Below, in pieces: positions 11,507 through 24,455 of a stretch of DNA of 53,349 nucleotides (the first letter of the stretch is position 1; the number at the start of each line of letters is the position of its first letter). Below the pieces are notes generated by a model. It made no database searches. It had not been told where the DNA came from and saw only the letters and a list, made by a program, of their open reading frames with translations. The stretch lies in contig JAUGWO010000082.1 of the NCBI GenBank assembly GCA_049724395.1, positions 248,001-301,349 of the forward strand, written 5' to 3'. The translations under genes and the position numbers were made by a program. The DNA is from Spongospora subterranea f. sp. subterranea. Lineage: Eukaryota.

Positions 11507-12651
11507 ATGACGGCCGTGTTCGTCCTTAAGGGCATGACGAGAATGGATGCGGCCATTGCCGCAGGCATTATCGTCAATATCGCTAGTTCCGTTGGTATTG
11601 TCTTATCCAATAAGCTCATATGGGCGCGATACGGTACACAGGATTCTCAATGTCATTGCCATCGGCCTGATCTCGTCTCTATGTAGAATTCAATTTTGTC
11701 GTGACTTTATCGTTTTTACATTTTGTGACGACGTCGCTTGCCACTCGTATCCTATTACGGTTCGGGCTTTTCCAATATAAACCTGCCCCAATATCTGGTC
11801 TCTTACCGGTTTCAATCGGTACCCTTGGCAGCGTCGTTTTCATGAACCGTAATATTGCTTCATTCTCAATCCCATTATCTTCGACTGATTTCGACTATGG
11901 TTTAATAGTTAATTTAGCCGAGAACACTGTTGGATTTTATCAAGTGTCAAAGCTGGCCTGCATTCCTATCACATTATTTCTTGAATTTATCCTTTATAGA
12001 AAACAAGTTTCACACAACGTTCGGTTATCGTTAGTTGTAATCCTGGCTGGTGTTGGAATATCCACCGTTTCCGAAGTCTCCGTTAAAGGTATTTGCCAGG
12101 CCCAACGGATGACAATCTCTGTTGTACTAACCGGTGTTTCTTTAGCTTTTGGGCTCGTGCTCGGCTTGATTGCTGTTCTGTTCACAGCCCAAGGTCAAAT
12201 ATACACAGGGTTTTCGCAGCAGAAGATGGGTCTAGATTCAATGCAGCTCCTGCACCATACCAGTCCACAGATCGCATTGGGGATGCTGGTCTGCATGTTC
12301 TTGTTCGAGGACATCGGTGAGGTGATGGCGTTTGAGTACACTCTGCCGCTGCTGGCGATGATCCTGTTGACCTGCGTCCTGGCCGTCGCCGTTAACATCT
12401 CCAACTACATGGTGATTGGGAAGACATCGCCAATCACCTACCAGGTCGTTGGCCATGCCAAAACTTGTCTCGTTTTAATATTAGGATTCACATTATTCGC
12501 TAATCCGGTCACGTGGAGGTCCATTTTTGGCATTATGCTAGCGTTAATGGGTGTATTCTTCTATGGCGAAATCAAAAGGAGCGAATCCAAATCGGCCCCT
12601 TCATTGCCGATATACTCTTCGTTGTCGAAAGAAGACGAAGCTGACGCCTAA
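11507..12651 (+). CDS. Nucleotide-sugar transporter, TPT/DMT family (UXT/URGT/SLC35E3-like)
   Basis: NIASSVGIVLSNK, LSFLHF, NTVGFYQVSKLACIP, VIGKTSPITYQVVGHAKTCLVL; multiple TM helices; short introns. Confidence 0.9.
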
Positions 12652-12955
12652 TACAGTATTATTATTATTTTTTTTGCCGAACTCGCCTTTCCTATCTTCT
12701 CCTAACGAAGGGTTTAATTGAAAGTCTAGCAAGAGCGTTTTCCTGCCGTTGTTTCGTTGAAGCGTCAATATGATTGTGATTATTGGTTGCACAAAAGACT
12801 TATAACAATGTTGTCCCCGTTTGTTTTATTGTTTTGGTTTCATTTCAATGAATTGAACACTGTAAACTACAATTAGGCGACGAGCAATCTTGTCCAAAAC
12901 GCATCAAATAATTATTGGGGAAAACTGCCATTTATGATCGACAGGGTTCATGTTA

Positions 12956-13913
12956 TCATACAAATGAGTTCAATATCTCCTGAACGGCTTCGTCAGGCAG
13001 AACCACTTTTGATTTGGTGAATATGTTCTGCTCGGGGATACTGATCCCATATTTTTTCGTCAACGGTGTCCAAACACGCATCCTGACGTTGATAAACCTG
13101 TTCACCCATCCCGATGAATCACGGTCAATGGTGAAAAACGCAAATCCGGTTGTCCCCGTTTTACCAATTGCTGATTTGACGCAACGTCATATTACATTGT
13201 CTCGCCAGCGCAGCTTTCACTTCGTTGTTCGGGTAAGGATAGTCCAGGTGTTCAAGGAACCATGTTTTTAACGGCTGACGATCGCCGTCGTCGTCAATGC
13301 TGCTGCCGCTCGTCGAATTTCGCAAAAACGCCTATTGTAAAAGGAACGTTCAATGATTTTAAGTTCTAGGAAAATTGCTGGCGATCGAACCTGGTTAACT
13401 TCCTGATTAGAATCGGCAACTTTTCGCCCGAACCGGTAGAGGATCGCATCGGAAACCGTCTCTAGCTCGTTCACTGTGACATCCTTTTGCAGCTGGGCGA
13501 TGATTGATTCCGCCATCGTCTGATAATGGGCGATGTTTGCATCGATGATGGCGTCGGCTTCGGCACCAGCCGATGGGCCTATTTCCTAACCCCAGATATT
13601 CAAAACACGGCCAAGGGCAACGATTTGTGCTGATTATTACGATGTTGGAGCGCCGTTTTGGCAGAGTCATTTCTCTGTGGACGTCATTAGACGCTTGTCG
13701 GTATTGAGGCGATGGAGCAACATAGGTACCAAAATTCGGGCACGTGATTACGCTTAGATTGTTGAAGTGATCGCGTGACCAAACGATCACAAATTCAAGA
13801 TTAAAGACCTCTTCATCGGGATAGTGGTTCGAAAGCGTTGACCGCGTTTGTACCGTAGCGCCAACAGGAACAGAGATCCGTTCGGTCGCCGCTGCGATAT
13901 TCTTATGATTCAT
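12956..13913 (-). CDS. TALE-class homeodomain transcription factor with a MEINOX-like segment; 5' end uncertain
   Basis: Spliced translation gives PLKTWFLEHLDYPYPNNEVKAALARQCNMTLRQISNWFINVRMRVWTP (PYP loop, WFIN). Upstream EADAIIDANIAHYQ..ELETVSDAILYRF resembles KNOX2/MEIS-B. Stop at 12956-12958. Confidence 0.88.
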
Positions 13914-14072
13914 TTCAACAAGATGATCTTCTGAGCTCCCCTATCCCGATAACAGGGACTCTCGAGAAGTTGAACCCGAGCAGAAACTTGTTTGTCGACG
14001 GTTACCATCAGAGACCCCTTGATGATGGTTTATGGTTCATTGCCCGATTGGATTGCATCGGGAAGCAGTTGT

Positions 14073-17000
14073 TCATGTCCAACACAGTTGACATGGATCA
14101 TCGTGAACGCCTGTCCCGTGTAAAAATGCAACAATTGGTTGCCCTAAACGCAATTACCATCTTCGCCGGCGTAGATGCTTCGAAAAGGTCTCTCTCTAGG
14201 AGGAGGTCTTCGACGAATTGTTGGAAAAAAGTCGATCTTCAATGAGTCGTTGGAAGAAAACGTAGAAACTTTCATAGTAGGGATGATTTCGTCAAGATGG
14301 AGTTCTTGGTTGATTCTATGTTGTTGATTGATCTCAGCGTTGTCTCTCTGTTTGCCTTTCCAATATGGAATAATGTCTAGAACAGGCTCGAAGGCAGAGG
14401 TTTCTGCAAGTTTGATTGGCGATGTGTCGTGTTTAACGGGTTGGGAGTCTGCTAGAACAATCCATCTGAGGCGTTCGACAGCGATTCCGGTAAGGCGCCA
14501 ATAAAGCGGGATGTGCTACAATATCGGAAATTAATTATAGAAGGCGGGGACGTTTTGATATAGCTGGCGAAAACAACGACGAAACCCATATTCTTAATTG
14601 TTCGTAAATATCAAGGTAGTTTAGGCCATACGATCAGCTCTAGTTTGTATAATGGCCTCAGTTGCCCTTTATCTGGATATATCATAAACCATTCTTTCCT
14701 GCAACCGATCACCATTAGCGATCGTGTCCGTCCATCCAAAGTATTCATGAAATCACCTGTCTTTGCTCGTATGACTGTCATATCCAGGTTTAGGTGGCGC
14801 CATCTGCCAGAAATCCACGAATCGATGGCTACGTCCTATGCCAAACAGATCCATGAATTAACTGCATTGATGGCCTAGATCTTGCATATCGACCCCGTTT
14901 GTGGCACTGGAGAGCTCCTGGAGGGTGTCAAACGGGTCGTCGATATTCCTCACCTGGGAAACATTCGACCATAACAACGTGCAGCACTCGTGATGGCATT
15001 GCTGGATCTGTATCCGCTGCATTGTTGCCAGGAACGCCGACCGGATCTGGCTCGGGAATCGCCGACCTGCTGGTCGACAATTGCCTATCCGACGTTTGGT
15101 GATCGTCCAATAGATCGCCAGATAACTCCGGTATCAAATGTGTCAACGCTCGCGTGCAGGTTCGTGATATGTAAACCCTACGTTGTGTTTGTCGAATTGT
15201 CAATCGACCGATATTGTTTCTGAACGCCTTTACCCTAGTTTTGGGTCTCCATACCATCGATCCTTCTCGTAATCTGCCGGATTGTTGGGATGGGATATCG
15301 GATAGATCCCTTCAACGCACGCGTGGTCTATATAATCGCACGATGTCGTATAGAACCCGATACGACACGCCTTTTCAACCTGGCCACGATCGGACCGACT
15401 CGACAACGCCTTCCCGTACGCATCGAACGCGTCATCAAAATGCTTTGCGACCACCTGGGCACGTATTCAGACAGCAATCAAAGAAACCGCGACGAGCGCC
15501 TGGCGAACTTTATATATCTTATTGACCTGTAAGTTTCAATGAAACACCGACGAGAACGTATTGATAAGAATACCGGACCTGGACCTTTTGAATCGGTTTG
15601 TGTTGGCCCATATGAGCGAGTAGAAGGGATTTGGCCGTGATGAACTCGGGATCATACGCCGATATTTCGGCAACCAATCGAATGTTGTTGTTGCGATAGG
15701 ATTCCTCATCTGCTCCCGAGGTTTATCGATCAGGCTGATAATGATAACGAGGGTTTACCGTCCTCGATGGCCAGGAGCCTGATCGCCTCAGCCATCCGTT
15801 TACGAGTATCGGAGCTGGTCACGTTTAGTAGATCATACAGATCCTGAACAGATGGTTGTCGGAAAAGATCAATGACCCCCCGAGAGTATCTCTCGCTGTT
15901 GAACCCGCACCTGAGTCTGTAATTGTAGAAGGCGTTGACCAGTGATCGCATGTCGGATAACCCCATCGGCAAATACATCGCCATTTGGGGAAAACGTCCG
16001 AATGAACTCGGCAACTGTAGCGATACTCCAAAGATGGGCACGACAACGACATCTGATGAACAGAAAACAAAAAACAAACAGTCACTGTACTGGCCCAGGG
16101 CGAAACCGTGTCGAATCATCTCCTGTACTTGTCTGGTATTAGTTTCTTGCTTCGTCCACCGTATTCCGGCCTGTATTTGACGTGCTTCTTCCTGCAATCG
16201 CTGGTCCACGACGCGTCGTATACTCGCCCGTCGTGATGGTAATAGGTCCCCGGGCCCGATCGGGATCCCGACCGGTATCGCCCAACGTGTCGGTCGCCCT
16301 GGTGGAACCGATATTTCACACCGTCCTCGACGATGATGGTCTGAGCGACGAAAACGCTTTCCCCATCTCCATCCTAGATTGCCACCGTGAAACCACCACA
16401 AACTTGAATAATCCTTTGCGATTTTGTACCTGTTTATCGTCCTTCCATTGCCCTTCATACCGATTTTCGTTTTTCCAGATCAATCGTCCTTTCCCATGTC
16501 GGCGTCCGGCGGACCACTGCCCAACGTAGTGCCATTGGCTCCGTTTGAGGTGACCCTGGCCATGTGGCTTCCCTCCAACCCATCCACCCAAATATTCATC
16601 CCCGTTACTGTACTGGATGACGCCATGGCCTCCCCAGGACGATCATGATCCCAGGCTCCTTCGTACCGTGACAGATCCTGGTAGATCTGGACGCCAAACC
16701 CATGTCGTTCTCCCATCAACCATTTCCCTGAACGAAACCGCTAATTAATTGAAAAGCGGCGCGATTCAATCTAAACTGAACGGTGTGAACCCTGATAATT
16801 GGCCATTCCTTGTCGCAACGTCCCTGATCCATGCCTCATCCCCTCTTTATAATACCCATGATATTCTCGTCCGGACGCCCATCGATATTTTCCAAGCCCA
16901 TCGTACATGCCCTCCTTCCATTCCCCTATTCCATCAACCCATCGTCAATCGCAGTTGTACCGATCCACGACCCCACCAGATTTACCGGTATATGTGTCGC

Positions 17001-17509
17001 CAGACCGGCAGGTTAGCACCCCTCTCCCATGGCGCTGGCCAAGCTTCCACCACCCTTGATAATAATCACCATCAGGCCAGATCTAGCAACACATTATTCC
17101 GGTCAAACATGGAAACACGCCAATTGGCGAATTAGTTCGCCATACGGGCTCGTACGTATATTCCATAAACAGGGTCAACGCTCTCTTGAGCCGTTGGAAG
17201 GCGATTAACGGCGTTGAAATCTGATAGATCCACATCGTGTTTCGATCGCTCTTTGCGTCGGGATTTGTTCAGGAACGGTGGCGGCGGTAGGTCCCATTTA
17301 CTGATGATCTGTACGGATAGGTCGTCATCCATGCATTTCTGGCAATCGAACACCGATATGGGTCGAGGGCGTGCGCGAGAGCATCGTTTTGCTAATAACG
17401 CAGCAGATGATGTAGCACGATCGTGAAGTATTTGGGCGATGGGCTCGGGAACGGGCCCATTAAGACGCCATGGAATGTCGAATAATGGTTCGATGCTTTT
17501 GTTGGCCAT
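14073..17509 (-). CDS. MORN-repeat protein with a C-terminal PARP/ART-fold (TASOR/TEX15 DUF3715-like) domain
   Basis: About 8 MORN repeats (YQGWWKLGQRHGRG, YEGQWKDDK etc., ~16200-17090), then a PARP-like domain at ~14630-15690. It ends either at the TGA at 14611 or, via a phase-0 intron, at 14073. There is one frameshift at a G-run near 16630. Confidence 0.75.
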
Positions 17510-17678
17510 CGGGTTGAGATATTATAATCACGATCGAAAATGGCACCTCGAAGGGTTTACGCTGTTAAATAGAATATCTCATAGTCAAGCGGATACGCAA
17601 ACAAAGGGCATTTGAGAGTATCAGTGGAAGATTTCATACACCTCAACCGTTTTGACAATGATGGAGTAAACGAGTGAT

Positions 17679-19685
17679 TTATGGAGGAAACCTGGAAGAT
17701 ATGCCTAATTGCTGAACTGAAAAACGGAGGTGTGCTCGGGATAATTCGGCTTCAGGATCTCGTACTTGTTGATGGCATCTCTTAGAGAGATTCAGAGAAA
17801 CATACTGTATACTTCGCACAAGTAAATTTTCGATCGAGTTCATTTGTGAACTAATTAAACGAATTGTACTATTACGTAAAACAGCATCAGATGAGGTCAA
17901 ATATTTCGAAACTAGCACATTGATATATTCGATTACCAGCTCTGGCGATGTGAGTCGCGATAAGATTTCGACGATAAGTGAATCATGACTGGGAGGGTTT
18001 GGCAGCATCGTCCAAGAACGGATGAGCTCAAGAGGTACGTGATGGCCAGATTGTGCCAAGTGGAGCAGTATATGGAGCACCAGAGGGCGCCATCGAGGAT
18101 TGAACGGGGTGAGCATGTGATAAAGCATGGGAAATGCCTGAATTCCGTGTTGTTCCGCTGTCGTAACCAAGGACACAATTGCAATAGCTAATGACAACAA
18201 CGATGAGGGATTATCAGGCACGGTGTTGATGGCAACCTCCAAAAGAGAATTGAGACGGCAATCCGTAAGTTTTTCACTGCGGCCGATAATACTGGGGATA
18301 GTTTCAATGAGCAGATTCGAGTGCGGCGCGGCTTTGGATATGGCCATGAATGCCGAAACAACAGTACGATCCACAACATTGTTGTTAATCAGGAAAAAGG
18401 GTTTGAATTGAAGCAACGATTGGAGTAGAGGATAAGCGAGAAAATGAGAAGCTAGCGACTGCATCAGAACATGGGAATTCAAAAACCTATCGAAAGAGAA
18501 GCTATCAGAGGCGACCCAGTCCGATAGAATCTGAATGGTTTCGGAAAGATGCGTTGAAGATGAGGACACTATGCTATGGACAGCCATGATAACAGAATCA
18601 ACAGTGCTCTCGGTAAAACATGACGAGCTGATCAGAAACTGGAACAGAGATATATGATCTGATAATCCCGACATCAAACAGAATCGAAACACATCAGAAT
18701 AATCATCCTGGGGATGAGCTTGCAGTAACGTTGTCATAGCGTCATCGTCAACAACATGAAGTTGGCTTAGATCGAAAAGTGATTGCTTTGCAGAGGAAGT
18801 TAGGCAAAATGTAGGTGATGACCAAACCGAGAGAAGCACCTGTGAGAGAGCAACAGCAACATTTCGTCGTCCCAGACGCGGTTTAAGATGTGCGGGGGAG
18901 AGCCCGACAGGATATATATTGTCATCCTGCAAGACCAACATTAGCAATTGGCGTGCAGCGCAAGATGAGGGCTGATTTAGCGATTCTAAAACTGGGTCTA
19001 GTAGATGATCGATGAATGCATGAGCATCGCCTGCTACTATGGAATACAACAAACTAGCGGTCTCAAGAGTATTATACAAGGTAAATATCTCGGTTATGAG
19101 AAGACTAGATTCCGGAGTCGAAGCTGAAAGGGAGCTGATTATGGAACTTAAAACTGAACTCAAGGAGGATATCGTCGTGCCATGTGGGTTGAGGATATGG
19201 CGGCAAAGCTGAATTCGCAAAGACAAAGGTGAATCGGCAGATAACAACGCTGGTGGAAGGTGTAATGACGTTTTAGGTAAAGTGGAAATATACTGGGATT
19301 GTATATCCTGTCGTGATATGAACAGACATGCTACTAGCAGTTGGTAATACTCGGATTGATGAATCTGATGTAAAAGCTCCAAAGACGGGCGAAGAAACGC
19401 TTTGGAGATTCTATGAAGAGCACATTGCGATATATATGGCAGTATAACAGGCACTAAATATGGGTTCGCCGTTAACAGATCGGCTAAAGCATAATCCAGA
19501 AGTGAGGCAGATTGATGGAGTTGGCACGGAATATTCAGGCCTGCAGCACAATGATCATGGGCTTGTATATCGGCCCTCAATAGGTGAATGCCATTCGGCA
19601 CGAGTAATAATGATAACCATTGGTTAACTATGGCTGCCGTCGAATCCGGTGCAGCATTCGGCCTAACTCCTTCGTCCTTCAACAT
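17679..19685 (-). CDS. Hypothetical Leu/Ser-rich alpha-helical (ARM/HEAT-like) protein
   Basis: 668-aa uninterrupted ORF with a helical-solenoid composition and no recognised motif. Extra 5' exons up to ~20030 are possible. Confidence 0.7.
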   Translation of the reverse strand: MLKDEGVRPNAAPDSTAAIVNQWLSLLLVPNGIHLLRADIQAHDHCAAGLNIPCQLHQSASLLDYALADLLTANPYLVPVILPYISQCALHRISKAFLRPSLELLHQIHQSEYYQLLVACLFISRQDIQSQYISTLPKTSLHLPPALLSADSPLSLRIQLCRHILNPHGTTISSLSSVLSSIISSLSASTPESSLLITEIFTLYNTLETASLLYSIVAGDAHAFIDHLLDPVLESLNQPSSCAARQLLMLVLQDDNIYPVGLSPAHLKPRLGRRNVAVALSQVLLSVWSSPTFCLTSSAKQSLFDLSQLHVVDDDAMTTLLQAHPQDDYSDVFRFCLMSGLSDHISLFQFLISSSCFTESTVDSVIMAVHSIVSSSSTHLSETIQILSDWVASDSFSFDRFLNSHVLMQSLASHFLAYPLLQSLLQFKPFFLINNNVVDRTVVSAFMAISKAAPHSNLLIETIPSIIGRSEKLTDCRLNSLLEVAINTVPDNPSSLLSLAIAIVSLVTTAEQHGIQAFPMLYHMLTPFNPRWRPLVLHILLHLAQSGHHVPLELIRSWTMLPNPPSHDSLIVEILSRLTSPELVIEYINVLVSKYLTSSDAVLRNSTIRLISSQMNSIENLLVRSIQYVSLNLSKRCHQQVRDPEAELSRAHLRFSVQQLGISSRFPP

Positions 19686-20492
19686 TACTTCTGCATTCAG
19701 AGATCTGACTGGTGACGGGGTTTTGCCATCATCAATTCGTCATCATCACAATTGCAAGAGCGGCGGCGTATTCAGAAGCTTTCACAATTGCTAATACGAT
19801 AGTAAAGGTTCATTCTCTAGATTGTTGCAGTTCAAGTGCTTGTTTGATGTTTCACAGTAAAAGAGTTTATTTGCGCAAACTCTTCTTACATGGAGTACGT
19901 AACAATGAACGACTGGTAGCGGTTCAAAGCTTGCACGGTTCACAGTGATCGAACCTGTTGAGTCAAAAAGGGGTAATGGTCTGACGTCTGTTACATCACG
20001 TCTGTTACATGATGTCAATACACAACGCATAGTCGATTCCGAATTGAATTTATTGTTGGCACAGCACCGTCCCGATTATAATGAATAATGCTCATAATCG
20101 ACGGCGATCGACAGCGACGCGGAATGTATCGCCAGCCTCCAAGTCGATGCGTTTGACCGAGGGAGGACCGTTCTGTGAGATTTCAGACTGCGCATGATCA
20201 TGCGACTGATGACATTGTGTTTGTTATTGTCACATTTGACATATTCTGGGAGCGCATGCTGTGTGACTGCAGCCCTACCCAGTGTGCATTCCAGAGCCCT
20301 CATAATGTTTATGACGACACACCCCCTACATTAGAGTTGCTGCCCAAGCAAAAGAGGTTTTGATAATGGAGCCGTTCGATTCACTTAACGTTCAAAATCG
20401 ATCGAACGAAAATGTGTCAGTTTCACCTTAACGTCGGCATCATATGGAAGAAAGCATTAAATGATATAAGGCTACAGTTGACCTGTTTATAA

Positions 20493-21266
20493 TTACAGAT
20501 CAATTTCCTGAGAATAACGTCTTAAACTTGAATCATAGTCGTGGATGAGACGCTCGATTTGTGCTATTTCGCGATGGATTTCATCATGCAATGCATTATG
20601 TTCCGCGTTGTCGGGATCTGGAGTGCCTAGCGTTTGGACGTGACGCATGACGTCACCCAACACGACCATGACCGATTGTGATGAATCTCCCCAGCTTTCG
20701 ACGTCCTCGATCCTCTCGAAGAACCTGTTGATGGGATCATGGCAAGAGCCATCCGTCTCTTCAATACGAATATGCTCCTGATTTTGATCAGAATCACTTG
20801 CGATTTCATGATCATCATTATCAGCAGCGCCATCTATGATCGAACAAACTTCTGCACTGTTACTGTGAAGGATAGACGCTCTCAATGTCTTTCGCCGTTT
20901 TGGTGATGGTGTCTCGGTAGAAGAAGGAGAATCCTCGCCGAGAAACCCGACAGGGGATATGGCGGTCAGGTCGACGCTGGACTTACGCGATAGCGTTTTT
21001 GGCCGTTTAGTCGATGAGGAATTCCTGTATTGAATGGGGAGAGGAAGGCACTCAAGGTTGGTTCTTTCCAGTTGCACAACCAGGTGTAATCCATGCGGTC
21101 CCTGGTGAATTATCCGAGTCGATATTGGATCTCGTTCATGATGGGTGAACTTTGGTAAATGACTACTGGGAGCCGCTTTATGGGGCAAAGAGCAGATCCC
21201 TGGTGTCGTATTTACGATCACGTCGGTTGCCCCAGCTGACACGTCACCAACCCTTCCGATCGGCAT
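20493..21266 (-). CDS. Hypothetical protein, largely disordered, with an NLS-like PKRRK and a C-terminal helical segment
   Basis: 257-aa ATG-initiated ORF; no family recognised. Confidence 0.55.
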   Translation of the reverse strand: MPIGRVGDVSAGATDVIVNTTPGICSLPHKAAPSSHLPKFTHHERDPISTRIIHQGPHGLHLVVQLERTNLECLPLPIQYRNSSSTKRPKTLSRKSSVDLTAISPVGFLGEDSPSSTETPSPKRRKTLRASILHSNSAEVCSIIDGAADNDDHEIASDSDQNQEHIRIEETDGSCHDPINRFFERIEDVESWGDSSQSVMVVLGDVMRHVQTLGTPDPDNAEHNALHDEIHREIAQIERLIHDYDSSLRRYSQEIDL

Positions 21267-22376
21267 TGAAAAGACTAGCGTCGCCCCTACAATGATGGGG
21301 ACGTGGCTCGCTGCCAGAGCGTCAATGACGAACTAATAGGGCAATGTTGCTATGGAGAACCTGCTTCGATCCCAAACGATATCTCAGTTAGCGTGTGCCT
21401 AATGGGATCATCTACTCGTTAGTGAAATATCCTTATGACCGATCAGATCTGTCACTTACGATCAAAGTCCTGAAGATCTTAACCTCGACAAAAGCGGGAG
21501 CTTTAATCATCGCATCAGTCAACAACATGATACCACAGAAGAATTCTGCTAAGAAAAAATTGAAAATTGTCGGATATGAGTTTACAAAATAAAGAATACT
21601 GTCCAAATATGAACAAATATTGACGATTACAAGTCATTCGGAAAACGGAAAAGGTCAAGACATAATTTCTGTTTACATTATCCCTGATGAGTAAGCTCGA
21701 TCAATGATGGAAAAACTATTTTTGGGGGAAATCACTATCTCTGGTTATGGTACTGCCTGGAATATCGGTTCGTGGATGATATTAAGTAGAGAAGCAACCC
21801 ATTGAACATGACTATCAGTAATCTCCTGAAGTCTTTCAGTTACCGATTAGATAATGCACCACTTGATGAATGTAGCGGTATAAGCATTGAAGCTACCGGT
21901 AATGTGTCTTCTGGGAGTAATGGGTTGAAAATTTCACAGGTCCGCGCTTTGGGTTTCCAGTTCAGTACCGTTTTCCTTCATTTCCTACATAATCAACTGG
22001 AATTATTTGCAATCTACCTATGATGTTTGATCTGAAAAATGTGAAGTTCCTGTAAAAATTGTTACTCCTATTGTATTATTTCAGAAAGGAACGTTTTTTG
22101 CCGGGCAGTTCAGATCTGACCGCCAAAAAGCTTTCAGTACATATCTGTATCGTTATGTCCAGGCAGTTACGTACTGTAGTCGTCACCGGCAGGAGGTCAG
22201 TTGGGGATTCGGTATTTTCTATAGGGTTCGTGGACGCGTGGTCATGCTCTAGAAGGATAGGAGACTCCAGTCCTGTACACACCGTTATATATCGGTACTG
22301 TATCAGGATTTAGGACGATTGCTGCTAGGCCATATTTCCCGGTTAAAACACGGCGAAGAACGGCCAATCTCCGACA

Positions 22377-23724
22377 ATGAAGCTTGGACTCGTTTGGGGC
22401 AGTATTGCTGGAGCAGCCGCTGGTGCAGTAGCGGCCATTGCTGCGCTTGTTCCGGTTTACGGGAATCAGAAATCGAATGCGCCAATGGCAAATATTGAAC
22501 CATGTAATAAACGGTTTTGTCAGTACTTACAGAATCCTCAAGGTTTATAAAATATTGCATTTTTTGAAACTCACATATTGACTGAACATACTTCTGTCTT
22601 AGGGCATTGGCTGTATACCAAACAGTGGTATTTCCTTATCCTCCTTAAAATCGGAAGGTGATTCGAACTGAATCTTGATTTCTCATGTCTTAGGAGCGTT
22701 CCGAATCCTGTGGCGATTTTGTTTATCTCGCACGGTCTCGGTGACCACATTTTAAGATATGAACATGTGGCGCGATACTTCAATCTTCACAATTTCAGTG
22801 TGTTTGGTGTTGACCATCAGGTTTCGGTTTAGATACTTTCTTTTTATGTGTCATTTATTTTTGAATATCCAGGGGCATGGACAGTCCCATGGCACCGAAA
22901 TGTATGTGGAACGCTTTGATGACATAATCGATGATTACTTAATGTTCATTGAAAAAACGATGGCATCTTTGCCAACAGCTATTGCTGGCCTTCCCAAATT
23001 TCTCCTTGGGCATTCAATGGTATGCTGAACACGTGTATCTTTGAACCCTTTGACGGCATCTATGTGCAACTTAGGGAGGAGCAATTGCGATTCATACTGC
23101 CATGAGGTCTCAGAAAGGCTTTTTTGATGGAGTTGTATTGTCGTCCCCCAATGTTGAAGGCAGACCCAGCCACCGCCACTCCGATGAAAATATACATTGC
23201 GAAGGTCAATATTTACAGCCGGCGTATTGTATAGCACTGAAATAGTTGCTGTTGGCAGTTATTATCAAAATATTTACCAAAACTCCCTGTTGGTTCATTG
23301 AGTCTCTCGCTTTTGACGGTTTGCGATGATGTCAAATATCAAGCGAAATCGGATAAGCTCTATATCAAGAAGGCATTGCCTGCCCGTGTTGGAAGCGAGT
23401 TGATCAGGGAAATGGAGTTTCTGCAAGATCATGCTGATGAAGTAGTTTTCCCTTATCATATATTCTATGGAACACATGACAAGATTACTGCACCAGAAGG
23501 CATGCAGGCTTGGAGCAATAATACACAGAGCGAAGATAAGTCGATGACAGGGTTTCCCGGATTGATGCACGAAATAATGAACGAGGTATGCTTGCAACAC
23601 CAGTGCTAGAAACTTGCCGATTTCGACGCTCTTTTTATTGCAGCAAAGTGCCCAAGACGTTCTGCATGCAATGCTTACGTGGATCATGGGTAAAATGCCG
23701 CTAAAAGAAATCGGGGGTAATTGA
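22377..23724 (+). CDS. Alpha/beta hydrolase (monoacylglycerol lipase/lysophospholipase, Hydrolase_4) with an N-terminal hydrophobic anchor
   Basis: Spliced: ISHGLGDHILRY, GVDHQGHGQS, FLLGHSMGGAIA (GxSxG), YGTHDKIT and GLMHEIMNE, i.e. a complete Ser-Asp-His triad. Confidence 0.92.
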
Positions 23725-24455
23725 TGGATCAGCAAAGTAATAAATCCTTTCGAGATATCTTCAGGCTTCCCTGATTGCCTCCTGGAACATTGATTTGAGC
23801 AAGTGTCATGGGCTGATCTTTCTGGTTAAACAAACTGTCATTTCACGCAAGATGCAAAACACTATTGAGAATAAAGACAGCATGGAAATGATCTGTGAGC
23901 GCCGCCGCTACCGTCGTGTTGTTTCTTTTATTCAAACATTGCAAACAATCCAAGCCATGCGCTATGCATGTCAAAATAGTTAATTTCGAGTCTCAAAGCA
24001 TGAAGAGATCGGCCGGCCTTTTATTGACATACTGATTCGGCAATCTGGGTCGGCGAATCACGTATTCAGCGGGTCGTTGCTTACACATACTCAGTAAACC
24101 ACGCCACTCCAAAATACCGTTATATGAGTCCCGACCCCAGCGCAATATTCCCGCACGGCCTTGACCACGCTAAATCACACGGGCTCTCGGACAGCAGTGA
24201 TTTCCCTCTAGTTTTGAAGAAATCGCTGACTGTACCGATGTGATCTCCTCTGTAAACGGGGCGCAGTTACCCAACATTCTCTACAGCGTTTTGATCAACC
24301 TGTGACTCTGCCTTTATTTCCTGACTGTGCGGAGTAGGATTGGACTGGTCGATCGTCTGTCTTTGTATCCTCCGTCGTTCACTCAGCTAAACTTCGCTCT
24401 ACGCGTTGTTGTCATCGCGATCGTCAGGGAGCGTTGTCGCCCTTCCTGATTCATC

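Noticed and set aside
16625..16636. Frameshift in the MORN gene as evidence of a pseudogene
   Set aside because: It falls in a G homopolymer with intact repeats on both sides, so a sequencing indel is more likely.
21350..22290. Possible spliced minus-strand gene
   Set aside because: Exon-like pieces are present, but I could not build a consistent frame or recognise a motif.
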